NCBI GenBank assembly: GCA_963703985.1
Contig: CAVPGH010000001.1
Location: forward strand, 3,051,338 to 3,115,337
Direction of reading: 5' to 3'
DNA from: an uncultured Acidobacteriota bacterium
GTDB taxonomy: Bacteria; Acidobacteriota; Vicinamibacteria; Fen-336
Length of the DNA: 64,000 nt
Part shown: positions 9,078-16,704 of the stretch, piece by piece
Layout of the letters: each line of letters starts with the position of its first letter
How positions within the stretch are numbered: position 1 is the first letter of the stretch
Notes under the pieces: generated by a model
Told to the model about the DNA's origin: nothing
Database searches by the model: none
Seen by the model: only the letters and a program-made list of their open reading frames with translations
Position numbers and translations under genes: made by a program

Positions 9078-9620
9078 ATGGAGCGAATGCGGCCTTTGAC
9101 CCTCATCGCAGGAGCGATCCTCGCCAGTACAGTGATGTTGCCCTCCCCAGTGGTGGTGACTGCGGATGATAATGATCATGAGCAGAATAGGTTCTCGGCC
9201 AAGCTGCGCAGCTTCAACGAGGTGCCCTCCATCTCCAGCAACGCCGAAGGAACGTTCCGGGCCCGCCTCAACCACGACGGTGACAGCCTCCATTACCGGC
9301 TGTCTTACTCGGGGCTTTCCGCAACCGTGACCCAGTCCCACATCCATTTCGGGGAGAGACATACCAACGGGAACATCATGGTATGGCTCTGTTCGGGAAC
9401 CCTGACGGATCCGACGGGACTCGCTCCGGCCTGCCCGCTGGCTCCCGGGGGCTCGGTGGAAGGGGACATCACGGCCGCCAACATCATCCAGGCCGGCGCT
9501 CAAGGCATTACCGTGGGCGAGTTCGGGGAGTTCATCCGTGCCCTCCGCGAGGGCGCGGGCTACGCGAACGTGCATACCACCGCCTTCGGCTCGGGTGAGA
9601 TCCGGGGGCAGGTGCAATAG
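9078..9620 (+). CDS. CHRD domain protein, secreted
   Basis: ORF 9078..9620 has a GGAGG 7 nt upstream and a signal peptide. The segment FNEVPSISSNAEGTFRARL...LHYRLSYSGLSATVTQSHIHFGERHTNGNIMVWLC...YANVHTTAFGSGEIRGQV matches the CHRD pattern. Confidence 0.75.
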   Translation: MERMRPLTLIAGAILASTVMLPSPVVVTADDNDHEQNRFSAKLRSFNEVPSISSNAEGTFRARLNHDGDSLHYRLSYSGLSATVTQSHIHFGERHTNGNIMVWLCSGTLTDPTGLAPACPLAPGGSVEGDITAANIIQAGAQGITVGEFGEFIRALREGAGYANVHTTAFGSGEIRGQVQ

Positions 9621-9627
9621 CCGGAGA

Positions 9628-9660
9628 GCCCCCACGGTGACGTCGGCTCGCCGTGGGGGC
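9628..9660. terminator. GC-rich hairpin between convergent genes (bidirectional terminator candidate)
   Basis: GCCCCCACGG (9628-9637) and CCGTGGGGGC (9651-9660) are perfect 10-bp inverted repeats with a 13-nt loop. They lie between the CHRD stop (9620) and the GntR stop (9664). Confidence 0.5.
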
Positions 9661-9663
9661 GCC

Positions 9664-10083
9664 TTACCGTCTCTTGGGCGAGGCGGGCCTGGCCCGCCCG
9701 TGGTCGCGGAGCGCCTTCTGCACGAGGCCTCTCATCTCCGTATCCGAGAGCCCCAGGAGCCGCCCCTCGGAGACCAACCGCTCCACGAAGGGTTCCAGGC
9801 CGCCACGACGTTGCGCAGCGGCCAGGGGCGAGGGGGTGGCCGTGACGAACGTGCCGCGACCCGGCCCCCCCTCGATCAGACCGTCTCGCGCCAGTTCGCG
9901 GTAGGCGCGCGCCACCGTGTTGGGGTTCAGCTTCACCTGCCGGGCGAGGGCGCGCACCGTGGGCAGGCGATCTCCGGCATTCAAGGAGCGGGTCGTCATC
10001 GCATGCTTGAGCTGGCGGATGAGCTGCAGGTAGGCGGGCTCCCCGGAGCCGGCATGTAGGTGAAGACGCAAGTCTATAGACAA
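9664..10083 (-). CDS. Short GntR-family (YtrA-like) transcriptional regulator
   Basis: ORF 9664..10083. The segment PAYLQLIRQLKHAMTTRSLNAGDRLPTVRALARQVKLNPNTVARAYRELARDGLIEGGPGRGTFV is a GntR winged-helix domain followed by a short C-terminal tail. The start is TTG at 10083 or at 10071, and I see no clear Shine-Dalgarno sequence. Confidence 0.75.
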   Translation of the reverse strand: MSIDLRLHLHAGSGEPAYLQLIRQLKHAMTTRSLNAGDRLPTVRALARQVKLNPNTVARAYRELARDGLIEGGPGRGTFVTATPSPLAAAQRRGGLEPFVERLVSEGRLLGLSDTEMRGLVQKALRDHGRARPASPKRR

Positions 10084-10097
10084 TGTATTAATACATT
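10072..10097. promoter_or_regulatory. AT-rich palindromic operator candidate at the GntR start
   Basis: AATGTATTAATACATT (10082-10097) is a perfect 16-bp palindrome. The adjacent GTCTATAGAC (10072-10081) is a perfect 10-bp palindrome. Both lie in the 26-nt gap between the symporter stop (10110) and the GntR start, within otherwise very GC-rich DNA. Confidence 0.55.
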
Positions 10098-10109
10098 ACT
10101 ACAATTGCC

Positions 10110-11585
10110 TCACCCACGCTCGCCCGCCCTCTCCGCGGTGTCTTCTGCGCCTGCCCGAGGAGGGAAGAGCCGGCTGACCGCGAGACCGATCGCGAAGGTG
10201 GACACGGCGCCGGTGGCGACGTTCCAGGTCCAGGCGACCCCGGGTCGTCCGAGCAGGGTGGGGGCGAGGGCGCCTGCGCCGAGGCTCAGGGCGAGGCCGG
10301 CCACCATTCCGGTGAGGGTCCCCGCGGTGGTGGCGGTGCGCGTGAGGATGCCGAGAAGGAAGGCCCCGACGGTGGGGCCCGACGCATAGCCCAGGGCCGC
10401 GAGGCCGGCCTGCAAGGCAGAGTCGAGGTTCTGGGCGAGGAACGCGACGCCCATCTGCAGGACGCCCCACACCACGGTAAAGATTCGGGCCACCCGCATC
10501 TGCTCGGCCTCACCGGCACGGGGCCGGAAGTAGGGGACGTAGAAGTCGCGCAGGGTGGTCGAGGCCATCGAGTTCAGCGAGGGGGAGAGCGCGGCCGCCA
10601 CGATCGCGGCCAGGATGAAGCCGGTGCCCACCGCGGGAAGCTCGGTGGCGGCGAACGTGGGCAGCACTTCGTCGGTGCGGGCGAACGCACGGCCCCCGTA
10701 GTGGGCCCAGAGCAGCGTTCCCAGGAAGAGGAAGAGGACGAACTGGGCGAAGACGAGGAAGCCGGAGAGGACGAGGCCGCGCGAAGCGTCCTTCTGGCTT
10801 CGAGCCACGAGGAGCCGCTGCACGAGGTAGTGGTCGGTGCCATGGGTGGCCAGGGTCAGGAAGATCCCTCCCACGAGGCCGGCGGCGAGGGTGAAGGGGG
10901 CGCTGGGATCGAGGGAGAGGTCCAGCACCCGCAGCTTGCCTTCGGCCGCGGCCGAGGAGAGCGCGGCCGCGACCCCGTGGGGCAGCCGGCCCATCACCGC
11001 GACGAGGCAGACGAGCGCCCCCGCGAGGTAGACGACCATCTGGACGGTGTCGGTCCAGATGGTGGCGGTGACTCCGCCCTCCTCGGTGTAGAGGATCATG
11101 GCCAGGCCGAGGATCGCGATGCACCACCATTCGGGCACCCCCGCCGCCACCGCGAGGACGAGAGCGGCGGCGTGGAGACGGATGCCGTCGCCGAGCGTGC
11201 GGTAGAGGAGGAAGATTGCGGCGCTGGTGCAACGCACGGGCGTTCCGAAGCGCCGCTGCAGCAGCTCGTAGGAGGTGAAGATCTCGCCTCGGAAATAGGC
11301 GGGAAGGAAGACGGCGGCGATGAGAAAGCGACCGAGGACGTAGCCGAGCACCAGCTGGAGGAAGGTCCAGTTGCCTCCGTAGGCGAAGCCGGGGGCGCCG
11401 ATGAAGGTCAGGGTGCTCGTCTCCGTGGCCACGATGCAGGCGGCGATCGCCCACCAGGGCACGGTGCGTCCGGCCAGGAAGTAGTCCTGCACGGACCGGC
11501 GCTTCCGTCCCAGCCAGGTACCGAAGGCGGTGATGCCCGCCACGTAGGCGACCAGGACGAGCGCCGCCTCGGGGGCGAGCTTCAA
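10110..11585 (-). CDS. Sodium:solute symporter (SSS) family transporter
   Basis: This is the real part of ORF 10110..11867, starting from the TTG at 11585. The segment KLAPEAALVLVAYVAGITAFGTWLGRKRRSVQDYFLAGRTVPWWAIAACIVATETSTLTFIGAPGFAY is a typical SSS N-terminus. It has about 13 TM segments. Confidence 0.8.
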   Translation of the reverse strand: MKLAPEAALVLVAYVAGITAFGTWLGRKRRSVQDYFLAGRTVPWWAIAACIVATETSTLTFIGAPGFAYGGNWTFLQLVLGYVLGRFLIAAVFLPAYFRGEIFTSYELLQRRFGTPVRCTSAAIFLLYRTLGDGIRLHAAALVLAVAAGVPEWWCIAILGLAMILYTEEGGVTATIWTDTVQMVVYLAGALVCLVAVMGRLPHGVAAALSSAAAEGKLRVLDLSLDPSAPFTLAAGLVGGIFLTLATHGTDHYLVQRLLVARSQKDASRGLVLSGFLVFAQFVLFLFLGTLLWAHYGGRAFARTDEVLPTFAATELPAVGTGFILAAIVAAALSPSLNSMASTTLRDFYVPYFRPRAGEAEQMRVARIFTVVWGVLQMGVAFLAQNLDSALQAGLAALGYASGPTVGAFLLGILTRTATTAGTLTGMVAGLALSLGAGALAPTLLGRPGVAWTWNVATGAVSTFAIGLAVSRLFPPRAGAEDTAERAGERG

Positions 11586-11848
11586 TGCCTCGTGGTGAGC
11601 TTGGCCTGGATGACCTGGAGGGCGGAGCTGATGCGGGCGATCCGGCGGTTGCGGGCCTGGCTGGCCAGGGCGTCGTCCGGGGGAGGGACCTCGGCGCGCG
11701 TCTCCCGCTGCAGCTTGTCGAGCTCCACCTTCAGGCTGTTCAAATCGCCGGGAAGGAAGCCCTTCAGCGCGTTCAGGCTGAGAAGGATGAATCCATCGGC
11801 GACCTGTGCCGCCATCGCGGGGGCGCTCCCGCCCATGAAATTCGCCAT
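11582..11848 (-). CDS. Small hypothetical coiled-coil protein, translationally coupled to the symporter
   Basis: These are the last 88 codons of ORF 11582..12544: MANFMGGSAPAMAAQVADGFILLSLNALKGFLPGDLNSLKVELDKLQRETRAEVPPPDDALASQARNRRIARISSALQVIQAKLTTRH. The stop overlaps the symporter TTG start (TTGA). The upstream part of that ORF is junk. Confidence 0.45.
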   Translation of the reverse strand: MANFMGGSAPAMAAQVADGFILLSLNALKGFLPGDLNSLKVELDKLQRETRAEVPPPDDALASQARNRRIARISSALQVIQAKLTTRH

Positions 11849-11911
11849 GGGAGCGGGAGTATAGCACGCGCCTTGGCCCGTCCCCCGCAGGCCTGCTAGA
11901 TTGGTCGCGGC

Positions 11912-12511
11912 ATGAGCCCCCTGCTCTCCCTGTTCCTGCGTCGTCTCGCCATCGGCGCGGTCGCCCTGGCCGTGTTCCTGCTGGTGGGCCCGGCCGCGCT
12001 GCGCCGATTCGGGCTGATCGGCCCGTGGCCGGCCCAGCTCGTCGAATCGGCCGCGCACTCGCTGGAGGCGGCGCGGGCCTACGGGGCGGGGGACGAGCTG
12101 CCCGCCTACCGCGCCGCCGTGGCGGAGCTGGACCAGGCTCGCCTCCTGCTCGCCCGCGGCGCTACCGGGGCGGCGCGCAGGGCGGCGCTCGTCGCCACCG
12201 ATCAGGCGATCGTGGCCCAGAGACAGGCCCTGGCGCGCCGGGAGGAGGAGCGGCGGGCGGGACAGGCGGTGGTGGACGACGTCGATCGCCGCCTCAACGA
12301 GCTCGAGGATCTCTACGCGCAGACCGCACCGCACCTCGACAAGGTGGCCCTCGCTCGTCTGCTGGCGCGCATGAAGGTCGCGCGGCAGGAAGGGGCGGGC
12401 CTGATCCTCGCCTACGAGCAGGGGAACTACCGGAAGGTGATCGCGGAGGAAGCCGGGGTGCGTGCGGTGCTCGAGCAGGTCCGGGACGAGATCCGCGCGG
12501 CCGGCCGCTGA
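11912..12511 (+). CDS. Hypothetical membrane-anchored protein
   Basis: ORF 11912..12511 has an N-terminal TM helix (LRRLAIGAVALAVFLLVGPAAL) followed by an Ala/Arg/Glu-rich helical region. I recognise no family. Confidence 0.5.
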   Translation: MSPLLSLFLRRLAIGAVALAVFLLVGPAALRRFGLIGPWPAQLVESAAHSLEAARAYGAGDELPAYRAAVAELDQARLLLARGATGAARRAALVATDQAIVAQRQALARREEERRAGQAVVDDVDRRLNELEDLYAQTAPHLDKVALARLLARMKVARQEGAGLILAYEQGNYRKVIAEEAGVRAVLEQVRDEIRAAGR

Positions 12512-12544
12512 GGCTGTCCGCGGGGGGGCCGAGCCCTCCCGCAA

Positions 12545-13129
12545 TCAGAACTGTTCCGGATGGCGGGCCATCTCGGGTCGGAGAAGGGCGCGCAGCGCCC
12601 GCAGATCGGCCTCGAGATCGTCCGTGGCCTCAAACGGCGGCATGAGGACGACGGCCTTTCGCGCGTAGTCGAACGCGACCGGCCAGATCGGAGCCCCTGC
12701 TCCCCGCGCCATCCGGTGGAAGCCCGTCTTCCAGCGCTCCACCTTCCGCCGCGTTCCCTCCGGGGACAGGGCCACCCAGAGACGGTCGGACTGCCGCAGC
12801 CGCCGCACGACGTCCTCGACCGCTCCCTCGGGGGCGTCGCGATCGACCGGGGTCCCTCCCAGCCACCGCAGCAGCGCGCCGAACGGAGGCCGGAAGAGGC
12901 TGTCCTTGCCGATCCACCGCGCGTCGAGGCCCAACGCGAGCATGGCGGCGAGGCCGACCACGAAGTCCCAGTTGGACGTGTGCGGGGCCACGATGGCGAT
13001 CGCGCGGGGGAGGTTGGGGACCTCGCCCTCGAATCGCCACCCCAGAAGAGCGAGAACGGCGCGGCCCACCGCCCGGCTCAGGCGGTTGCCCCGGCTGGGA
13101 ACGTTTTCTCCGAGGGGAGGAGGCGCCAC
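12545..13129 (-). CDS. 1-acyl-sn-glycerol-3-phosphate acyltransferase-like (PlsC family) protein
   Basis: This is the C-terminal part of ORF 12545..13855. It has the HX4D motif (VAPHTSNWDF) and LSPEGTRRKVERWKTGF. The start is taken at the GTG at 13129 and is uncertain. Confidence 0.65.
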   Translation of the reverse strand: MAPPPLGENVPSRGNRLSRAVGRAVLALLGWRFEGEVPNLPRAIAIVAPHTSNWDFVVGLAAMLALGLDARWIGKDSLFRPPFGALLRWLGGTPVDRDAPEGAVEDVVRRLRQSDRLWVALSPEGTRRKVERWKTGFHRMARGAGAPIWPVAFDYARKAVVLMPPFEATDDLEADLRALRALLRPEMARHPEQF

Positions 13130-13155
13130 GCTCGTGCTCCGAGCGCGGGAAGATA

Positions 13156-14025
13156 CTACGGGACGACCTCGCCGTTGAAGCAGCCAGTGACCTCGAGCAC
13201 GGTCGCGCAGATGCTGAACTCGCCGGCCACGAGGGGAACCACGCGCTTGTTGAAGGGCTGGTTCCAGTCGAGGAGCCGGATGCGGTCCTCGCCGTTCCGG
13301 ACGAACCACTCGATCTCGGACCCGTGGGCCGCGGGGGGGACGGTACGGAGGTTCTTGTCCTTGGGGGTGGCGGTCACGTAGCCGTCGCAGGAAAGGGGGA
13401 GGGACTTCTCGGGGGCGGCGGGGGCCTGCGATTCGTCGTCGCACTGGAAGTCGTAGAGGCCCACCCACATCTTGACGACCACGGCGGTGGCCTCCAGCGG
13501 GAACGCCGCGGGGCGGCACGAGTTCCAGTAGGAGGACTGCCCCCGGCGAACGAACCCGGACGGCCCTTCGATCTCGAACTGCTCGGAGACGTCGTCCCCC
13601 CGCTTCAGGAGGAAGAAGTCCCGGTACATGTCGAGGGCGGCGCAGAGGCCCTGCCCCCCGAGGACGTCGATGACGGCCGCGGTGTAGGCGTCGCGACTGA
13701 GGATCCGGTAGGCGCCGGGGCCCCTCGTATCGCCGAGGCTGAAGTACTCCGGGTGCTCGCGGACGACCTGCTCGATGGCGGCGTCGAGGTCGGCCAGGTA
13801 GAGGCTCGAGGAGCGGGAGCAGGAGGCCTCCGCGGTGCCGTGTCCCCGCGTGCATCCCTTCTCGACCACGCGCGAGGACCCGGGAGTGGGCGCGGTCGGC
13901 ACCGTGGGGGTCGCGATGGGCGTGGGCGCGGGCACGACCGTGGGCGGCGAACCGTTCGAGCAGGAGGCGACCAGGAACGGAAGGGCCGCGGTGAGCGCGC
14001 AGGCCCCGGGCGCGAGTCTTCGCAT
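13156..14025 (-). CDS. Hypothetical lipoprotein
   Basis: ORF 13156..14025 has a lipobox (ALPFLVASCSNG), a Pro/Thr-rich linker and several Cys residues. I recognise no family. Confidence 0.55.
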   Translation of the reverse strand: MRRLAPGACALTAALPFLVASCSNGSPPTVVPAPTPIATPTVPTAPTPGSSRVVEKGCTRGHGTAEASCSRSSSLYLADLDAAIEQVVREHPEYFSLGDTRGPGAYRILSRDAYTAAVIDVLGGQGLCAALDMYRDFFLLKRGDDVSEQFEIEGPSGFVRRGQSSYWNSCRPAAFPLEATAVVVKMWVGLYDFQCDDESQAPAAPEKSLPLSCDGYVTATPKDKNLRTVPPAAHGSEIEWFVRNGEDRIRLLDWNQPFNKRVVPLVAGEFSICATVLEVTGCFNGEVVP

Positions 14026-14099
14026 GAAGCCCGTACTCTACGTGATGGAGGGGTGCCGATCAATCGCACCGAGCCCGGAGCAAGAAATAGGGCGCGCCG

Positions 14100-16679
14100 T
14101 CAGTTCGCGCAGGCCGGGGCCGGCGTCGCCACCGGCGCGGAAGCGGGCAGGAAGGCGAACACCTCGCTGTTCGTGAGGTTCTTGGCCTGGTCGGTGCACA
14201 CGGCGGGGGAGACGAGGCCCTTGACGAACTGCTCGGCCTGGCCCTGGGCGCCGGGTGTGCCGGAGGGGATGAACGCGGCAACGCATTGGTCGATGATCGT
14301 CTTGAGATCGTCCTTCATCGCCAGGTCGAAGTCCCACAGCCGGGAGACCACGATCTCGCCCTTGAAGGGCTGGGTCTGGGTGGTGGGGGTGCAGAGGAAG
14401 GCGAGGTAGCGCCCCACACACGCGCGCTGTTCGCCGAGAAGACCGAGCGTGTTCAGGTACCCGGGGATGTTGGAGCAGACTCCCATCGGGATCTGTAGGA
14501 CGATCGGCCGCACGATACCCGAAGGGCCGTAAAGGCACACGTGCGCGTGCGGCGGGGTCCCTTGGGGCTCCTCCCCCGGGCAGGGGTCGACGGGGTCGGG
14601 ATTGGGCGCAGGGTCGGCGAGGCAGGTCGGCACATCGTCCTCGAACGTCTCGAAGTCGGAAGCCTGGGGCAGGTGCGAGAGCACCGCCGGCTTCAGCATG
14701 GGCTGACCCAGCTTGGAGCCAGTGCCCAGCCGCAGGGCCAGGGCATCGTCGTTCGGGAGAGTGGGATCGAGCTCGTCGTCCGTGTCCTGCGGGGAGGCGA
14801 GGGGTATGCCGGGGACGCTGAAGAGCGACTCGTCGAACTCGATGTCGTCGAAGAAGGGGATGCTCAGCTTGAAATGAATACGGGCGGAGAGCCCGGTGAA
14901 GTCGAGGCTCGACTGGGCCCGCGCGCGGACGGAAAGCGCGGTGATGGGACGCATCGGCGGCGGGCTGACCGGGCCGACGGGCGGGGGCGGGGCCTGGGCC
15001 ATGAGAGCGTCGCGCACCACGTGGTCGTGGTCGAGCGTGGCCGTGAGGCCCCCGCTGACCGTCAGCGTGGTTTCGAACGGGCCGATGTCCCCTCCGAGCG
15101 TGCCCGAGATCGTGCCCCCGAGCTGCACGTGGGTGCGACTCGCCAGGGAATGATCGTCGTCGGTGAGGGCTTGAATGTCGTGGGGAAGCAGGAGAGGGAA
15201 GAGGGGCTCGCGCCAGTAGGGGATCGTCTCGCCGTGGGGAAGGATTCTCCACTCGTAGAGCGCGCCCGGGGCTCCCGGCCGGGGTCGCAGCCTCCATGGC
15301 CCTTCGTGATAGCGCCAGCCCCCGGATGCGGGGTTGGCGAAGAGCCAGCCCGTGCGCGTCGGGGGCGGCCAGGTGGCCAGGAGCCCCTGCGGCTGGATCA
15401 CGCGGTCGAGGGGGTTCGTGAGGTCGCCGAAGCTGTAGCTGAAGTCCAGCCCGAACGAGACCTCCACGGGGCCCAGGAAGAAGAACGGAAAGTTTCCCGT
15501 GAGGTGATACCCCCGGCTCCCGCTCAAGACCGCGTCGGTGTGGGTGACCGTCCGATACGTCTTGCTGTGCAGGACCTGATACTGGGGCTCGAGGAGGCAG
15601 GGGGGGCAGACAAACTGGTAGCCGACCAGCACGGGACGCTTGTCGGTGGCGGTCTGCACTTCCGAGTCGCCGCTGACGAGCACGAGCGGGACCTGGATCT
15701 CCGCGAATCCGGGCAGCCCCAGGCCGCGAATCGGGGTCAAGCGATGGCCGAGCAGGAGGGGGACCTCGAAGGCCTGGGCGCCGTCGCTCGGGGCCGCTCC
15801 CCCGGAGCCGAGGCAGCTGGGCGCATCCAAGGCGCCTCCGGTGCAGCGCTGCGGACCGTTGAAGACGACGGTCGAGGTGAGGGAAAGGAGATCGATCGTC
15901 TGCCCCAGCAGACTGAACGAGAATGCCGAGCGCCGGCCCAGGGACGTGGCGTCGAGACCGAGCTGGACGGCCTCGTCCTGCTCCCTCTGCCCCCGCCGCG
16001 CCGCGCAGTAGAGGCGCGCGCCCCGCTGCCGGATGTCCCGGAACGCGGCGTAGTCGGGATAGACGAACTGCGTCTCCGGGAGGGGAATGAGCTCGGGGCC
16101 CTTCCACTGGCTGCGCAGCCAGCGCGCGCGCAGTGGGCGGTAGCCGAAGAAGCTCGGCGGGCCGGAGCTGGGCGTGAACGTGACCGAGGGGCCGAGGAGG
16201 TCGGCGAAGGCCTGCAGGGCATCGTCGAGGTTGGTGCTCACCGTCTTGAACTCCGACTGATGCGCGTGGGCTTCGTCGAGGATCCCGTGCATGTAGACGG
16301 GGAGCTGCGGAGAGGCGGTGTGCTCCAGAATGGCCGGGGCCGGGTCGAAGAGAAGCTTCCAGGTCCCTTCGTTCGTCGTGCTGAAGAGGTTCAGGGGCTG
16401 CAACGGCATGTCCAGGCCCCAGGTGAACCGGCCCTCGTGCGCGATGTAGGGGCTCACCAGGAAGGCCGGCGACTCGGGGATGAAGCCGGTGGCGTCGACC
16501 GGCGGGATAGCGGTGTCGATGGGCCCCGTCTCGAAGGGGTCCCCGACCACGGCCTGCTCGATGGACGGCTCGTCGCCTTTCCTGGAAACCGGCGGGTCCT
16601 CGGCCGCCCCGGCCCCGGCGGTGCCGAACGAAAGAAGGAGGGAGGCCGCCCCCAGGGTCACGCGGCTCGACAGGCTCAT
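14100..16679 (-). CDS. Large secreted hypothetical protein (859 aa)
   Basis: ORF 14100..16679 has a signal peptide (MSLSSRVTLGAASLLLSFGTAGAGAAE) and GGAGGAAA 4 nt upstream of the ATG. It begins 25 nt downstream of the GspE-like stop. Amino-acid composition is balanced and the C-terminal ~200 aa are Cys-rich. I recognise no domain. Confidence 0.65.
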   Translation of the reverse strand: MSLSSRVTLGAASLLLSFGTAGAGAAEDPPVSRKGDEPSIEQAVVGDPFETGPIDTAIPPVDATGFIPESPAFLVSPYIAHEGRFTWGLDMPLQPLNLFSTTNEGTWKLLFDPAPAILEHTASPQLPVYMHGILDEAHAHQSEFKTVSTNLDDALQAFADLLGPSVTFTPSSGPPSFFGYRPLRARWLRSQWKGPELIPLPETQFVYPDYAAFRDIRQRGARLYCAARRGQREQDEAVQLGLDATSLGRRSAFSFSLLGQTIDLLSLTSTVVFNGPQRCTGGALDAPSCLGSGGAAPSDGAQAFEVPLLLGHRLTPIRGLGLPGFAEIQVPLVLVSGDSEVQTATDKRPVLVGYQFVCPPCLLEPQYQVLHSKTYRTVTHTDAVLSGSRGYHLTGNFPFFFLGPVEVSFGLDFSYSFGDLTNPLDRVIQPQGLLATWPPPTRTGWLFANPASGGWRYHEGPWRLRPRPGAPGALYEWRILPHGETIPYWREPLFPLLLPHDIQALTDDDHSLASRTHVQLGGTISGTLGGDIGPFETTLTVSGGLTATLDHDHVVRDALMAQAPPPPVGPVSPPPMRPITALSVRARAQSSLDFTGLSARIHFKLSIPFFDDIEFDESLFSVPGIPLASPQDTDDELDPTLPNDDALALRLGTGSKLGQPMLKPAVLSHLPQASDFETFEDDVPTCLADPAPNPDPVDPCPGEEPQGTPPHAHVCLYGPSGIVRPIVLQIPMGVCSNIPGYLNTLGLLGEQRACVGRYLAFLCTPTTQTQPFKGEIVVSRLWDFDLAMKDDLKTIIDQCVAAFIPSGTPGAQGQAEQFVKGLVSPAVCTDQAKNLTNSEVFAFLPASAPVATPAPACAN

Positions 16680-16704
16680 CGTTTCCTCCGCTGTGGAAGC
16701 GAGG

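Noticed and set aside
8858-9169. A 103-aa ORF spanning the spacer upstream of the CHRD gene, plus the antisense ORFs at 8701..9021.
   Set aside because: It has no ribosome-binding site and junk composition, and it overlaps the well-supported CHRD start. The region is better explained as non-coding regulatory DNA.
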